NCBI RefSeq assembly: GCF_964275005.1
Contig: NC_092698.1
Span: 24,225,037-24,289,036, forward strand
Reading direction: 5' to 3'
From: Diadema setosum
Lineage: Eukaryota
DNA: 64,000 nt
This document shows, piece by piece, positions 12,409 to 22,965 of this stretch (its first letter is position 1; every line of letters starts with the position of its first letter). The position numbers and the translations under genes were made by a program. The notes beneath the pieces were generated by a model. That model did not search any database. It saw only the letters and a program-made list of their open reading frames with translations, and was not told the origin of the DNA.

Positions 12409-12784
12409 GTCCCAAAGCTAAATTCACCTCAGCAAACGTTGTGTATGGGACTGATGACTTCAGTCAGTACATATCAGGTAACTGGAAGCTGATTTCCCAA
12501 GTACAAGAAACAAGAAAATGACATCACATCAAAGATCCTTTCGGTGTTTGAGTGGTTCTGTACTCCTCAGGGTACCACACAGGACAGAAAATATCATCCA
12601 ATACCTTCCAGTGAAGATGACTGGAGTAATGAAAGTGGAGGGTGATGCTGATGCATGCTGCCACACGGGCGCCATCATGAGTAAATGATATCTATATCAT
12701 ATAGAATGTTCTCCATTATTCTGGTCCACCTGTGTACATACACATTAAAACAACCATGCATACAGCCTTGATACATGTACATAA

Positions 12785-12911
12785 CTACTTGTGTGTACAT
12801 TTGTGACACTGTGTAGTAGTAGAAGTAGAAGTAGTGGTACTGATGATGGTTGTAGAAGTAATAAGAGTAGAAGCAGTAGTTTCGATGATGGTGTCGATGT
12901 TAGTAGTAGTT

Positions 12912-12954
<43 letters not shown>

Positions 12955-13200
12955 CAATTAAATAGTATAAGTAGCAGTAGTACAACTAGTAGTGGTAGTA
13001 GTGATGGTTGTAGTAGAAGTAGGAGGAGTAGAAGTAGTAGTGATATTGATTATAGTAGTAGTTGTAGCAGTTATCATTAGTAGTAGTTGTTGCTGTTGGC
13101 ATTGTTGTAGTGGAGGAAGTAGCGGCAATAAAAGCATAAGAAGTATCGATAGTGGTGGTGGTGGTGGTAGTGGTAATAGCTATTTCAGTGAATGGATTGT
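12785..13200. repeat. (GTA/GTG/AGT)n minisatellite or microsatellite region, with a pure (AGT)~20 at 12890-12955. Related tracts lie at 14090-14170 and 14340-14410.
   Basis: Direct reading. It produces artefactual poly-Leu, poly-Thr and poly-Val ORFs. Confidence 0.9.
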
Positions 13201-13376
13201 AAGCCATCTACATTGCACCCTCACCTCCCATGGCAGACTCATCACGTACATGGAGCGTGACATCCGGCAGCAGATCTCCCAGGGCAAAGGGGAGGGTCGC
13301 GCCCAGTGGAAGTACATGGACCAGTGCTTGACCGTCCTCTCTGACCACCTGGTCAACTTGCTGCCACAAATCCTAG
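13189..13376 (+). CDS. Exon (…HCTLTSHGRLITYMERDIRQQISQGKGEGRAQWKYMDQCLTVLSDHLVNLLPQIL). The 5' boundary is ambiguous; an alternative acceptor at 13236/13237 is in the same phase.
   Basis: Acceptor candidates are tatttcag|T (13188) and cctcccatggcag|A (13236), both in phase. Donor CTAG|gtatgc at 13377. Sits between (GTA/GTG)n minisatellites. Confidence 0.6.
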
Positions 13377-13941
13377 GTATGCAATCACTCTCTTTGCTTA
13401 CTCTGTTAGTTTTGCTGATCTGTGCAAGGGTTATGCATTCAAAACAGCGATATAAAACACCTGCTGATTTTGAAATATCTTGTTGTAGACTCTCATTATA
13501 GGGATGGAGGGGATAGTTTTCCCAATAAACAAAATGAATGTGTGGATAAGTTTTTCTTGATGTCCAGTCACTTGAAATATAAATGAACACCAGCTAGAGA
13601 CACTGGTGATGGAGAGGGAAAAAATGACATGCAGCCAGGTAGGAATGAATCCTGAACAGCAATAATCGAAAGAGTGAAGGTAAAACACCTTTTGATCATC
13701 TTATACTGTAAAATGAGGAATGTTCTTGTGCATTTTAATTTCGTGAATTTTGCGAGAGGCCAGATTCCCGAAATCAAAATTGCACGCAAAAGTTCTTGTC
13801 TACACTATATGCATTGCATGTTAGAGGCAACTCGCGAAAATTTCGTGCCACATAAAAGGCTGTCTGCTCCAATTCGCGAAAATATTGTGTTCGACAGTAA
13901 TCGCAGGCCTTTACAGACAGTGTTTTCCCTATTCATTGCAG

Positions 13942-14063
13942 GTGATGCAGAGAGCAGCCTGGCAGCCGTCTCCGGCCGTAAACATCCCTCCACTGTGCAG
14001 GCCAAGCAGCTGAAAAGCAGCCTGCCTCTCGTGTCTCTGGCTCTTCATCTCATCACCAGTCAG
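13942..14063 (+). CDS. Exon (GDAESSLAAVSGRKHPSTVQAKQLKSSLPLVSLALHLITSQ)
   Basis: Acceptor cattgcag|GT and donor CAG|gtatgt. 122 nt, phase 1 to 0. Confidence 0.7.
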
Positions 14064-14267
14064 GTATGTAGTGGGTGTGGCGGGGGAGGTAGGAAGGTGT
14101 TAGTAGTGATGGTGGAAGGATGATAGTAGTGGTAGTCGTGTTGGTAGAGGTAGTGGTTGATATGATGATAATGGTGGTAATGATATGTAGCCTGAGCCGT
14201 GCAATGTCACAAAAACTTCAAGTTAATCGTGATTTAAGCACATCAGTCAATAGAAACGAGATGAGAC

Positions 14268-14410
14268 GTGGCCTGCTCCTTCTACCTCTTGCTGTCCATC
14301 TGATCACCAATCAGGTATGTGGTAGGTGGGGCAGGAGTGGTAGGAGAATCATGGTGGGTTTGGTAGTGGCAGTGGTTCCATTAGTGGTAATGATAATAGT
14401 GGTTTTATTC
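14268..14410 (+). repeat. Duplicated copy of the 3' end and donor of exon 13942-14063 (…LAVHLITNQ|gtatgtggtaggtgg…). A pseudo-exon sits inside the minisatellite.
   Basis: ctcttgctgtccatctgatcaccaatcaggtatgtggtaggtggggcagg parallels ctctggctcttcatctcatcaccagtcaggtatgtagtgggtgtggcggg at 14035-14085. Confidence 0.6.
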
Positions 14411-14700
14411 TGACCGTAGCTGTGCATTACAAGGCGTGAGTATTCATCGTGAGTGTACACAACTATACCGGTACTCTGCACATGAGATCAGAATTTCAGT
14501 GGAATTGCCCGCTTTTGAACTAACACTCATGCATGATTCTGACCACAGGCATGTAAAACAAGCCAGAAATATGAATGAATGTACACCACAATGCAGATGC
14601 AGTACACATTCATTTAAATATCCATTAGCCTAACACATACGAACAGAGGATACCTCATGATTTAAATTCACAGCATATTTTTGTTTTTGTTTTCTCTCAG

Positions 14701-14809
14701 GTGTTCCGACCCAGGGTGGTTGGGGAGAGGTTCCTAGCAAACATTGGAGCCCTTCTCAAACACGTCCAGTCCATGGACAGTGGCGAGACCAATATTGAGC
14801 CTGCTGTGG
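14701..14809 (+). CDS. Exon (VFRPRVVGERFLANIGALLKHVQSMDSGETNIEPAV)
   Basis: Acceptor ttttctctcag|GTG and donor GTGG|gtgagt. 109 nt. Confidence 0.7.
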
Positions 14810-15020
14810 GTGAGTCAAACTTTAGGAGCACATCATATTTCAATTTATTTACCTATTTAAAAAAAAAACAACAACAATTACATTTCTGTAGTTTTGTGCT
14901 GTATCTGTTTAACATTAATTCTATCAGTCATTTTAGTGTTTCACGTTTCAGAAGTGAGTGTTGAAAAAAGAAAATTGCTTTAGGATTTGTATGAGCCTTT
15001 TTTTGTTGATACATTGATTA

Positions 15021-15613
15021 CTGTATACGCTATATATTTCGCGTGGGTTTTATTTTCGCGAATTTCGCGAGTCGGGAGCTATTCGCGAAATTAACAACAC
15101 GCGAAAATATTACCTTCCAACATGAATCCCTTGCCTTGATGATACGAACATTTCAGTACTAGTATACCATGTCACGGCTTACCGAACAGACCATATAAAC
15201 TGGCTAAGCTTGTTTACGTACATATAGCACGTCCACGTCGAACTACTAGTATACACAGCCCAGTCGCTGTAAGTAGCATTCGCACAGCACAGGTAGACGG
15301 CGCAATACTATTTCTGCGAGAAATTCCACTTTCTGTTGTTTTTGGTGTTTTTTTTTTCATTGCGCCACAACGTTACAAACGCGCGGCGTGTCACCCTTGA
15401 TTACATGTGCGCTATAGCTCTTGCGTTTGCATGCCGCTACGTCTTTACAAGTACTGTATGTCAACTTTAGGGGCCGGAGCTTCGTATGCTCCACTTCACA
15501 TTGCCACTTCACATTTTCTCTGGTCCCCCAATCGCGAATTTAACCACTCGCGAAAATGTGTGACAGCGGCAATTCGCGAAAATTTATGTACGCGAAAATT
15601 ACAGCGTATACAG
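15021..15613. mobile_element. Non-autonomous TIR element (MITE) with ~55-bp TIRs and a TA target-site duplication. It is Tc1/mariner-like.
   Basis: Left end TA|ctgtatacgctatatatttcgcgtgggttttattttcgcgaatttcgcgag. The right end is its reverse complement …gcgtatacag|TA. CpG-rich TTCGCGAA motifs. A related fragment lies at 13740-13880. Confidence 0.6.
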
Positions 15614-16300
15614 TACTTGCTTCACTTGGGAATATTTTCAAAACCCTCTCAATTCCAAAATGTTTAGATTATTCTTAAATTGGAAACACATTAAGAAATG
15701 TTGAAGTTCCTGTTTTTGCCTCAAATTGGCAAATTCTTGTCAACCTCTTTATGGACTTGTGCCAATTTTACAAATTTAGTGAGTAACCTCTAATCTGCCT
15801 TCAATGTAAGATGTGCAGTAAAGTTTAGAAATACCAGTTTAATGATGACTGAAAAATATAATTTCTGCGGTAAAAATCTCCCTGAAGTCTCCAGAACATG
15901 TATTCATTGAAACTTGGGATCGGAAAGGCGACATGAGCCATGTCTTTCAATCAGAGGCTTTACATTTTATACCTGAAGATATCTGCAGAAATGCATTACT
16001 TTCTGCTTGATATCAGTGGTCAAAGAGAAAGAGTACACTGATGATAGAAATGCTGGTGAACTGAACATTTACCCCTCTCCATGTTTATTATGATGATAAT
16101 AATGATGATAATAGATAACATTGTATAGCACTTCATGCAGGTATTTCTAAGTGCATTGATACAAAACAGAAAAAAACAAAATGAATCAAAATACAGAATA
16201 TGATTAAGAAAATGTAATATATGTAATGTACATGTACAGTATATAGCAAAAAAGATGATAATATTATGATTGATTAAATAAGTGAGCTTTGAACATTGAT

Positions 16301-16670
16301 TTAAAGGGGATGGCTAGTAACCGATCAGTGGGAATCAAAGGGAATGCTGAGGGATGATTGTTCCAATCCTTGTGGGATTCATTTAAGAGTACATTATGTA
16401 TCTACTGTTGTGTGAAAATTATTTGCTTCAGAATGGTCTCATATTCAAGTAATGTACAGATTAATGCCCCGTCACTGACCAGGGGCGCTTACCTGGAAAC
16501 ATTAAACTGCAAATTACTTGAATATGAGACCATTCTGAGGCAAATAATTTTCACACAAGAATAGATATATAATGTACTCTTAAATGAATCCCACAAGGAT
16601 TGGAACAGTCATCCTCCACGGGCATTCCCACTGATTCCCACTGATCAGTTACTAGCCACCCCCTTTAAAG
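16301..16670. mobile_element. Foldback MITE of ~370 bp, a near-perfect palindrome with TTAAAGGGGA…TCCCCTTTAA termini
   Basis: The arm ttaaaggggatggctagtaaccgatcagtgggaatc… is mirrored by …gattcccactgatcagttactagccaccccctttaaag. Internal arms (gtgtgaaaattatttgcttcagaatggtctcatattcaa) are also mirrored. Confidence 0.6.
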
Positions 16671-16862
16671 TTGTGTACACTTTAAGAATTTTAAATGTGA
16701 AAGGGGAATTTGTGATATTCAATAAGTGAGGCAAGTGTGACCATGAATGAGTTGGGCAGGAGGTCTGCCTGTAATATGACGTGTGGTAGCTTGCCTTGAG
16801 TCGTAACCAGCCTTACAACGTGCCTTGCATGTCATTGACCATGCCCATCCATTCACCCACAG

Positions 16863-17009
16863 GCATGCTGGCCATTGTGGAGTTCAACAACGTCATCCTG
16901 TCCATCCTAGAGGCAGTGGCCCAGCACCCTGCCCTTCTCATGGAGCATCATGTGGAGGTCATTGACAGCATCCTTAACCCCCTGGCTGCACTGGTGGCCA
17001 GCAGGAATG
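16863..17009 (+). CDS. Exon (GMLAIVEFNNVILSILEAVAQHPALLMEHHVEVIDSILNPLAALVASRN)
   Basis: Acceptor cacccacag|GC and donor AATG|gtgggtagc. 147 nt. The 3' end and donor are tandemly duplicated downstream. Confidence 0.7.
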
Positions 17010-17019
17010 GTGGGTAGCA

Positions 17020-17515
17020 AACCATCCCCTCTTTTAGGCCTATCTTCTTCAATGGGGTCTATAATATATCATCTTTAACCCCCTGGCTGCACTGGTGGCC
17101 AGCAGGAATGGTGGGTAGCAAGTCATCCCCTCTTTAATAGGCCTATCTTCTTCAATGGGGTCTATAATATATCATCTTTAACCCCCTGGCTGCTCTGGTG
17201 GCTAGCAGGAATGGTCGGTAGCAAGTCATCCCCTTCTAAATAGGCCTATTTCTTCTTCAATGGGGTCTATAGTACATTGTATATCATCCTGGCTGCACTG
17301 GTGGCCAGCAGGAATGGTGGGTAACAAGTCACATTTTTAACCAGTTCCATATGGGAACCTAGTGGCCTGTGTATTAAGTATATCCGGATTTCAGAATTTA
17401 GTATGGAATGGATTAATAAGGCCTATTTCTTCTTCAGTAGGGTCTTTGGTATATCATCCTCAACCCCCTTGCTGCACTGGTGGCCAGCAGGAATAATGGG
17501 TAGCAAGTCAGTGGT
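17020..17515 (+). repeat. Tandem array (4-5 copies, ~115-120 bp) that duplicates the 3' end of exon 16863-17009 together with its splice donor (…AALVASRNG|gtgggtagcaagtcatcccc…) into the intron
   Basis: The block ctggctgcactggtggccagcaggaatggtgggtagcaagtca + ggcctatcttcttcaatggggtctataatatatcatc recurs at ~17085, 17195, 17285 and 17465. Confidence 0.8.
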
Positions 17516-17968
17516 AAAACTGAGTGAAATCAAAAACATTTCATGAATACTCTATTCAGAAAGCGCTTTCCCAGATTGCAGTTCAAATCTGTGATGTCGT
17601 ACAAAAAGAATATAGAATATCTACAATTCCCATTGCACACTTGAACATGTTTAGCTCATACTATACACTTTTTGGGGAAAAAAAGGAGGATTGTGGGTCA
17701 GTTTAATAGAGCAAAAAGCTTTGATGTACATTTCTCTGATGAGTACTTACAAAACTTGCCACTTTGGTGTACTGTTTGAAATATGTTTACGGTTCGTAGG
17801 AACTCACAATCTGAATTCACACATACTGATAAAGGATTAGCAACAAACATGTATTTATTTGCCAAGAGATTTGGGATACAAGGAGTTAATATGTCTTAGG
17901 CTGCTCAGACTTTTCTTCATTTTCATTCCCCCCTCTTCTGTCACGCTCTCCCTCTCACGGGTGCATAG

Positions 17969-18197
17969 ACGAGACCCGCATGTTCTGCGTGCGCCTGTTC
18001 GCCGAGATCATGTGCCTGTTCCTGAACCACGACAACCTGACGGAGGACGGGGCCGTCACCAACCCCCAGCTGCTGGCCGAGGTGACGGCACAGACCCTGC
18101 CCCACCTGGGTCAGCTGCTGCTGGACGCCGACCCGCTGCCGCTCTACGGCCTCAAGCTCATGCTGGCCCTCATCGAGACCAGTCCAGCCTTCATCAG
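17969..18197 (+). CDS. Exon (DETRMFCVRLFAEIMCLFLNHDNLTEDGAVTNPQLLAEVTAQTLPHLGQLLLDADPLPLYGLKLMLALIETSPAFI-)
   Basis: Very GC-rich. Acceptor gtgcatag|AC and donor ATCAG|gtgagg. Phase 1 to 2. Confidence 0.7.
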
Positions 18198-18698
18198 GTG
18201 AGGGGAGGTCGGGGCAGAGCAGACAGTCACTCATCATGAGTGCTTGCCTAGGAACTTGATAGAATGTTTGCCATTAAACCATTGCACAAGCCATTTGGAA
18301 ATTGTGATACTGTACCTATGATACCAGTGCACCAAATCTGATAGACCTTACTTCAGTACTGTTTTTGATAGTGAAATGACAAAAACAAACAATAGACAAC
18401 AACTGCACATCCCAGTGAATGGGAGTTAGTGACCTTTCATATGAGTTCTGGTTTCATAGAAACAAAGCATTTTTGCATTGTAACATTATATTAACCTGTT
18501 GAGGACTGACTGAGTTTGCTATAACATGCATTTCCCATAGACACTTGCCCAAGTACTCTCGAGACTCATCTTCAACTGGTTAAGTTCAGATTTTTATATT
18601 GTTGAAAACAGGATGTCATTATCTTTGTTGTCTATTTATTTCTTCCATAGTGAAGCCCTTTTGTATGTCTGATGGTATTTTTGTCTTTCACGCTGAAG

Positions 18699-18853
18699 AA
18701 AACTTGAAGAGCTGGAGCTGGTTGCAGTGCTGTTCCAGGTGCTGATTGACCATCGCAACAGTCCCACATGTAGCACTGTGCGTTATGTCATCTCCATTCT
18801 CAACTGCCTCATAGCGGATGCCGACACTGATTTGCAGGAGTTGTATAACCAAG
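18699..18853 (+). CDS. Exon (RKLEELELVAVLFQVLIDHRNSPTCSTVRYVISILNCLIADADTDLQELYNQ)
   Basis: Acceptor tttgtctttcacgctgaag|A and donor CAAG|gtaagacc. 155 nt. Confidence 0.65.
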
Positions 18854-19217
18854 GTAAGACCCACATGTCTGCAGTTTCTATTGGCAAACTTACAAATTAT
18901 TATGATACACAGCCACCGTTCTTGGAATGCCTCTTTTGATACAATGATAACAATACTTTCAAGACACCTTACTGTTACTGATAAAACAGGACACAACATT
19001 GGTCAAGCAAAACTCATTTTAGTCAATTATCAGTACAAGATAAAACTCTTTATCCAATTCTACTTACTGGAAGATGAAAATTCAATAAATGTAAATGAAA
19101 AAAAAAATAGCAATTTGTCGTGCTTTGTAAAGAAATAACAGTGATGTATATTCCATATAGAAAACCTTTTTATTGGAATTTCTTAATTTTGTTGGATGAT
19201 CATGCATCACTGCACAG

Positions 19218-19387
19218 GCATCCAGGACCACGTGATCATCCTATTTGAAGACATCCAGCGGATGTACCCTGGTGCCGAGGAGGGCAAGGTGGACTCCAAG
19301 GCGCTGAACCTCCTCATCACCGGACTCTTGGACCTCCTCCACTGCCTCCTCAAGCACCTTGCCAGTATCGTCAGGAACGTGCTTCAT
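19218..19387 (+). CDS. Exon (GIQDHVIILFEDIQRMYPGAEEGKVDSKALNLLITGLLDLLHCLLKHLASIVRNVLH)
   Basis: Acceptor ctgcacag|GC and donor CAT|gtaagac. 170 nt, ends in phase 0. Confidence 0.7.
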
Positions 19388-19410
19388 GTAAGACTTAATT
19401 TAGTTTTTTG

Positions 19411-20541
19411 TCCCCGCCGAACGAGTTCGAGCAGGGGACTATGAAACGGGCTCCGTACGTGTGTGTGTCCGTGTGTCCGTCCGTCCGTGTGTCCGTCCGT
19501 CCGTGTGTCCGTCCGTGTGTCCGTCCGTGTGTCCGTCCGTGTGTCCGTGTGTGCGTCCGTGTGTGATCAAAATCTTCAATTTGCTACTTCTCTGTCATTT
19601 ATGAGCCAATTTTGATTCTGTTTGCTTTATATGATAGCACTACATAGGAGCTTTGAAACTTGTACACAGAATTTCAGTCGTGACCTTTGACCTTGACCTT
19701 TGACCTATATTGTACATTTTGCTACAAAATGCTACTCCTTCGCCATTTCTAACCCGATTTCGATTCCGTTTGCTTTATGTGATGGCACTAGGTGAGGGCT
19801 TCAAAACTTCGACACAGAATTTTGACCTTTGACTTCTTTGACCTTTGACCTTGATTTTTTGACCTATATTGTACATTTTGCTACAAAATGCTACTCCTTC
19901 GCCATTTCTAACCCGATTTCGATTCCGTTTGCTTTATGTGATAGCACTAGGTGAGGGCTTCAAAACTTCTACACAGAATTTTGACCTTTGACTTCTTTGA
20001 CCTTTGACCTTGATTTTTGACCTATATTGTACATGTTGCTACGAAATGCTACTCCTTCGCCATTTTTAACCCGATTTCGATTCCGTTTGCTTTATATGAT
20101 GGCACTAGTTGAGGGCTTCAAAACTTCTACACAGAATTTTGACCTTTGACTTCTTTGACCTTTGACCTTGATTTTTGACCTATATTGTGCATTTTGCTAC
20201 AGAATGCTACTCCTTCGCCATTTCTAACCCGATTTCGATTCCGTTTGCTTTATGTGATAGCACTAGGTGAGGGCTTCAAAACTTCTACACAGAATTTTGA
20301 CCTTTGTCTTCTTTGACCTTTGACCTTGATTTTTGACCTATTTTGTACATTGGCTACAAAATGCTACTCCTTCGCCATTTCTAACCCAATTTCGATTCCG
20401 TTTGCTTTATGTGATAGCACTAGGTGAGGGCTTCAAAACTTCTACACAGAATTTTGACCTTTGACTTCTTTGACCTTTGACCTTGATTTTTTACCTATAT
20501 TGCACATTTTGTTACAAAATGCTACTTCCGGCGGGGACATA
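19411..20541. mobile_element. TIR-bounded non-autonomous element (11-bp TIR TGTCCCCGCCG / CGGCGGGGACA). It carries a (GTGTGTCCGTCC)n minisatellite (19440-19560) and ~5 copies of a ~183-bp tandem repeat rich in TGACCTTTGACC (19690-20520).
   Basis: Terminal inverted 11-mers. The internal unit …ctacacagaattttgacctttgacttctttgacctttgaccttgatttttgacctatattgtacattttgctacaaaatgctactccttcgccatttctaacccgatttcgattccgtttgctttatgtgatagcactaggtgagggcttcaaaactt… is repeated. Confidence 0.5.
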
Positions 20542-21374
20542 TGTTACGCACCGCGTAATTTCTACTTTTCCTTGTTTTTTTTTTTGAGGGTGGGGGGATT
20601 TGGAGGATCAGTGAAAAGAAGATGGATGGGGAAGGCGTGAGGTGGTTTGTCTTGGAGAAGATTAAGGACAATTTGTTTGACTTTTAACCAGTTGCTTTTC
20701 CATTGCTTTAAAGATGATGATAAAGTGTAAAATATACTCATGCTTATCTAAAGCTTGTTCTGGGAAATTATGGAAAATTTCACGAGAGTTAGCAGAAATT
20801 TTTGTGTATGATGCAGTGATAAGTCTTTTTTTTTTTGGATAAGTTTTTCTTTCACATCATGTTCTTCACAGGGCTGTGCATAATTTGAATGTTTTAAACT
20901 TTTAATTTGAATCAGCATTTACCACATGATTGAGGATGATAACACATGTCTATTGATCATTTTCATTCCCCCCTTGTAAAGTTCGTGTTTCAATTATAGA
21001 ATTTTGATCAGTTTCAAGAAAATTGCATCGAGGTGATGACCTGATTAAGATTTAGAAATAAAATATCAGGATATGATTTTTGGGTACAGCCTATCCCCTT
21101 TAGCTTTTGAGGACGTTTCATTTTTTTCATCTCATGTCTAAAATTTCAACCTGAAACTTCACACATCATCATCTAATGATGAAAGACAGTTGGTAAATTA
21201 AATGAGTACTTTTCAGTTTTTGGTAAGTACATGTAGTCAGTGATTAACCATTTACAAGCTTACATTTGCCCATAAACCATTTCCATCATGCTGCATTACT
21301 GCACATGTGACTTTTTTATGATGTTTCCTTCATGGCGTGTAGACAAATATTCCCCCGATATTTCTTACCTTCAG

Positions 21375-21473
21375 GCCAAAAAGTCAGGGGGAAGTGCAGA
21401 CACTCAGGGTGCTGAGAAGATGCTGATGATGAACAAAACTCTGGTGAACAATACGTCCATCATCATCCGTCTG
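21375..21473 (+). CDS. Exon (AKKSGGSADTQGAEKMLMMNKTLVNNTSIIIRL)
   Basis: Acceptor tcttaccttcag|GCC and donor CTG|gtaggtg. 99 nt. Confidence 0.65.
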
Positions 21474-22059
21474 GTAGGTGAAGAAAACAGCACTTGTATA
21501 GAAAAATAGATATTGTTATTTTTTGCAATTTCGCAAAATTGCTGTTTGACCGTGAATATAACACATAAAAATGTAGCCATGCACTAGGGTAATAGTGCAC
21601 TTACTATAGCCGCAGTGTCAATTTGCGTAAATAACATCTAGCGAAAATGTCCATGACCTCCTAATTTCCAAAAATATCTTTATGCGAAATTAATAGCTCA
21701 TGCAATATGCTTTCATTGCCAATCAGCATGAATGCAATTAAACTATTCATAAATAGGAATTACTGAAGTCTATCATATCCCCTAACCCCTCTGTATCACA
21801 ATGTTATTGAATCCTAATGGAATCCCATTTTCTTTGCTCAATTTTCCACCAATAAATAATATTCATTTCTGGTCAGTTTTTTCTGTTTGCGTTTGTTACA
21901 TACTCAAAAAGCTGCTTCACTTCGGTGAAGTTGAATTATCCTTTGGGTTTATGCCAGGTTCAAGTGTGGACATGTGTGTCACACACAAACACACTGCTAT
22001 AGCTTCTGACCATTCGAGCATTGAGAATATAGGGTTTCTGGGACGAACACTGCATAGGG

Positions 22060-22131
22060 CTTTCTATAGCTCAGTCGGTAGAGCACCGGGCTAGCATCCG
22101 GAAGTCTCGGGTTCGAATCCCGATGGAATCC
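22060..22131 (+). pseudogene. tRNA-Ala(AGC)-like pseudogene / tRNA-derived repeat. The D-arm and T-arm are intact, but the anticodon arm has a 1-nt lesion and the acceptor stem does not pair.
   Basis: …TAGCTCAGTCGGTAGAGCA CCGGG CTAGCAT CCGGA AGTC TCGGG TTCGAAT CCCGA…. The ~40-bp direct repeat ggaatcccattttctttgctcaattttccac(c/t)aataaa occurs at 21822 and 22124. Confidence 0.5.
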
Positions 22132-22758
22132 CATTTTCTTTGCTCAATTTTCCACTAATAAACTTTCATGATGTTACACAATAGTTAGCCTGTCTCGTTT
22201 ACATGTATATCATGGCCATGTCAATGAACAATGTACAAATGCTGACAAAAGATAGAAGAGCTTTGCAAGTTACAACAACATGCATCAAAATGCAAATGGT
22301 TAAAGAAGAAGTATACATCCTGATGAATAAACAGCAACTCAATAAGACATTGAGTTACTAATAATGGAATGAGACTTAAGATACCTTCTGACAAGGTGTG
22401 CAGTCAACTTTGCCTAAAGTCAAGTCCAAAAGGACTAGGGGTTAAAATCTGTCAACTTACACAACAGACTTAACACATTAATATCCATCTGAGCTACAAT
22501 CTTATCTCAACTTCACCAATTTTTTGACTTGTATGAGGTAGACATAAGCCTGCCGCACACTATAAGACTCGTGACTATGCGACTGGCAGACTTTGGATCT
22601 GAAATAAATCACAATATCCTCAGAATAAACATGCTTGTTTATTTCAGATCGAAAGTCTGTCAGTCATATAGTTGTGAGTTGTAGAGTGTGTGCCAGGCTT
22701 TAGATGATGTTGACTGTACTTAGTCTGTCATGCTTCCTTTGGTTTTCTTCCCACCTAG

Positions 22759-22965
22759 CTGTGTCACCGAGACCGGGACATACACACGTCTGCCTGTGAG
22801 TGCCTGTCCCTCATTGGCCAGCTGTACGGAGGGGAATACCCCAACTCCTTCTCCTCCTCCAATAGTGCCTCCCTGGCCCACGCCCTGAAGACCTTCGAGG
22901 CCAAGCGGCAGAAACTCATCCTGAGATACATCAAGAGAGTGGCAAGTGATGACCATTCCGACACC
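22759..22965 (+). CDS. Exon (LCHRDRDIHTSACECLSLIGQLYGGEYPNSFSSSNSASLAHALKTFEAKRQKLILRYIKRVASDDHSDT)
   Basis: Acceptor cttcccacctag|CTG and donor ACC|gtgaatgc. 207 nt. GC-rich, followed by an intronic TG-rich repeat. Confidence 0.65.

Noticed and set aside
12745-13207. ORFs 12745-12957, 12785-12985 and 12986-13207, and the N-terminal part of 12992-13501 (poly-L, poly-T and poly-V)
   Set aside because: They are produced by (GTA/AGT)n microsatellites. Only the 3' part of 12992-13501 overlaps the real exon.
17859-18239. Alternative-frame ORFs over the GC-rich exon (17859-18239 + and 17941-18237 -), and ORF 6125-6478
   Set aside because: High GC keeps several frames open. The splice-phase-consistent frame is the one that encodes ARM-like sequence.
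22060-22131. Functional tRNA-Ala gene
   Set aside because: The acceptor stem cannot pair (5' CTTTCTA vs 3' TGGAATC). The anticodon stem has a 1-nt lesion. The call is a pseudogene or tRNA-derived repeat.
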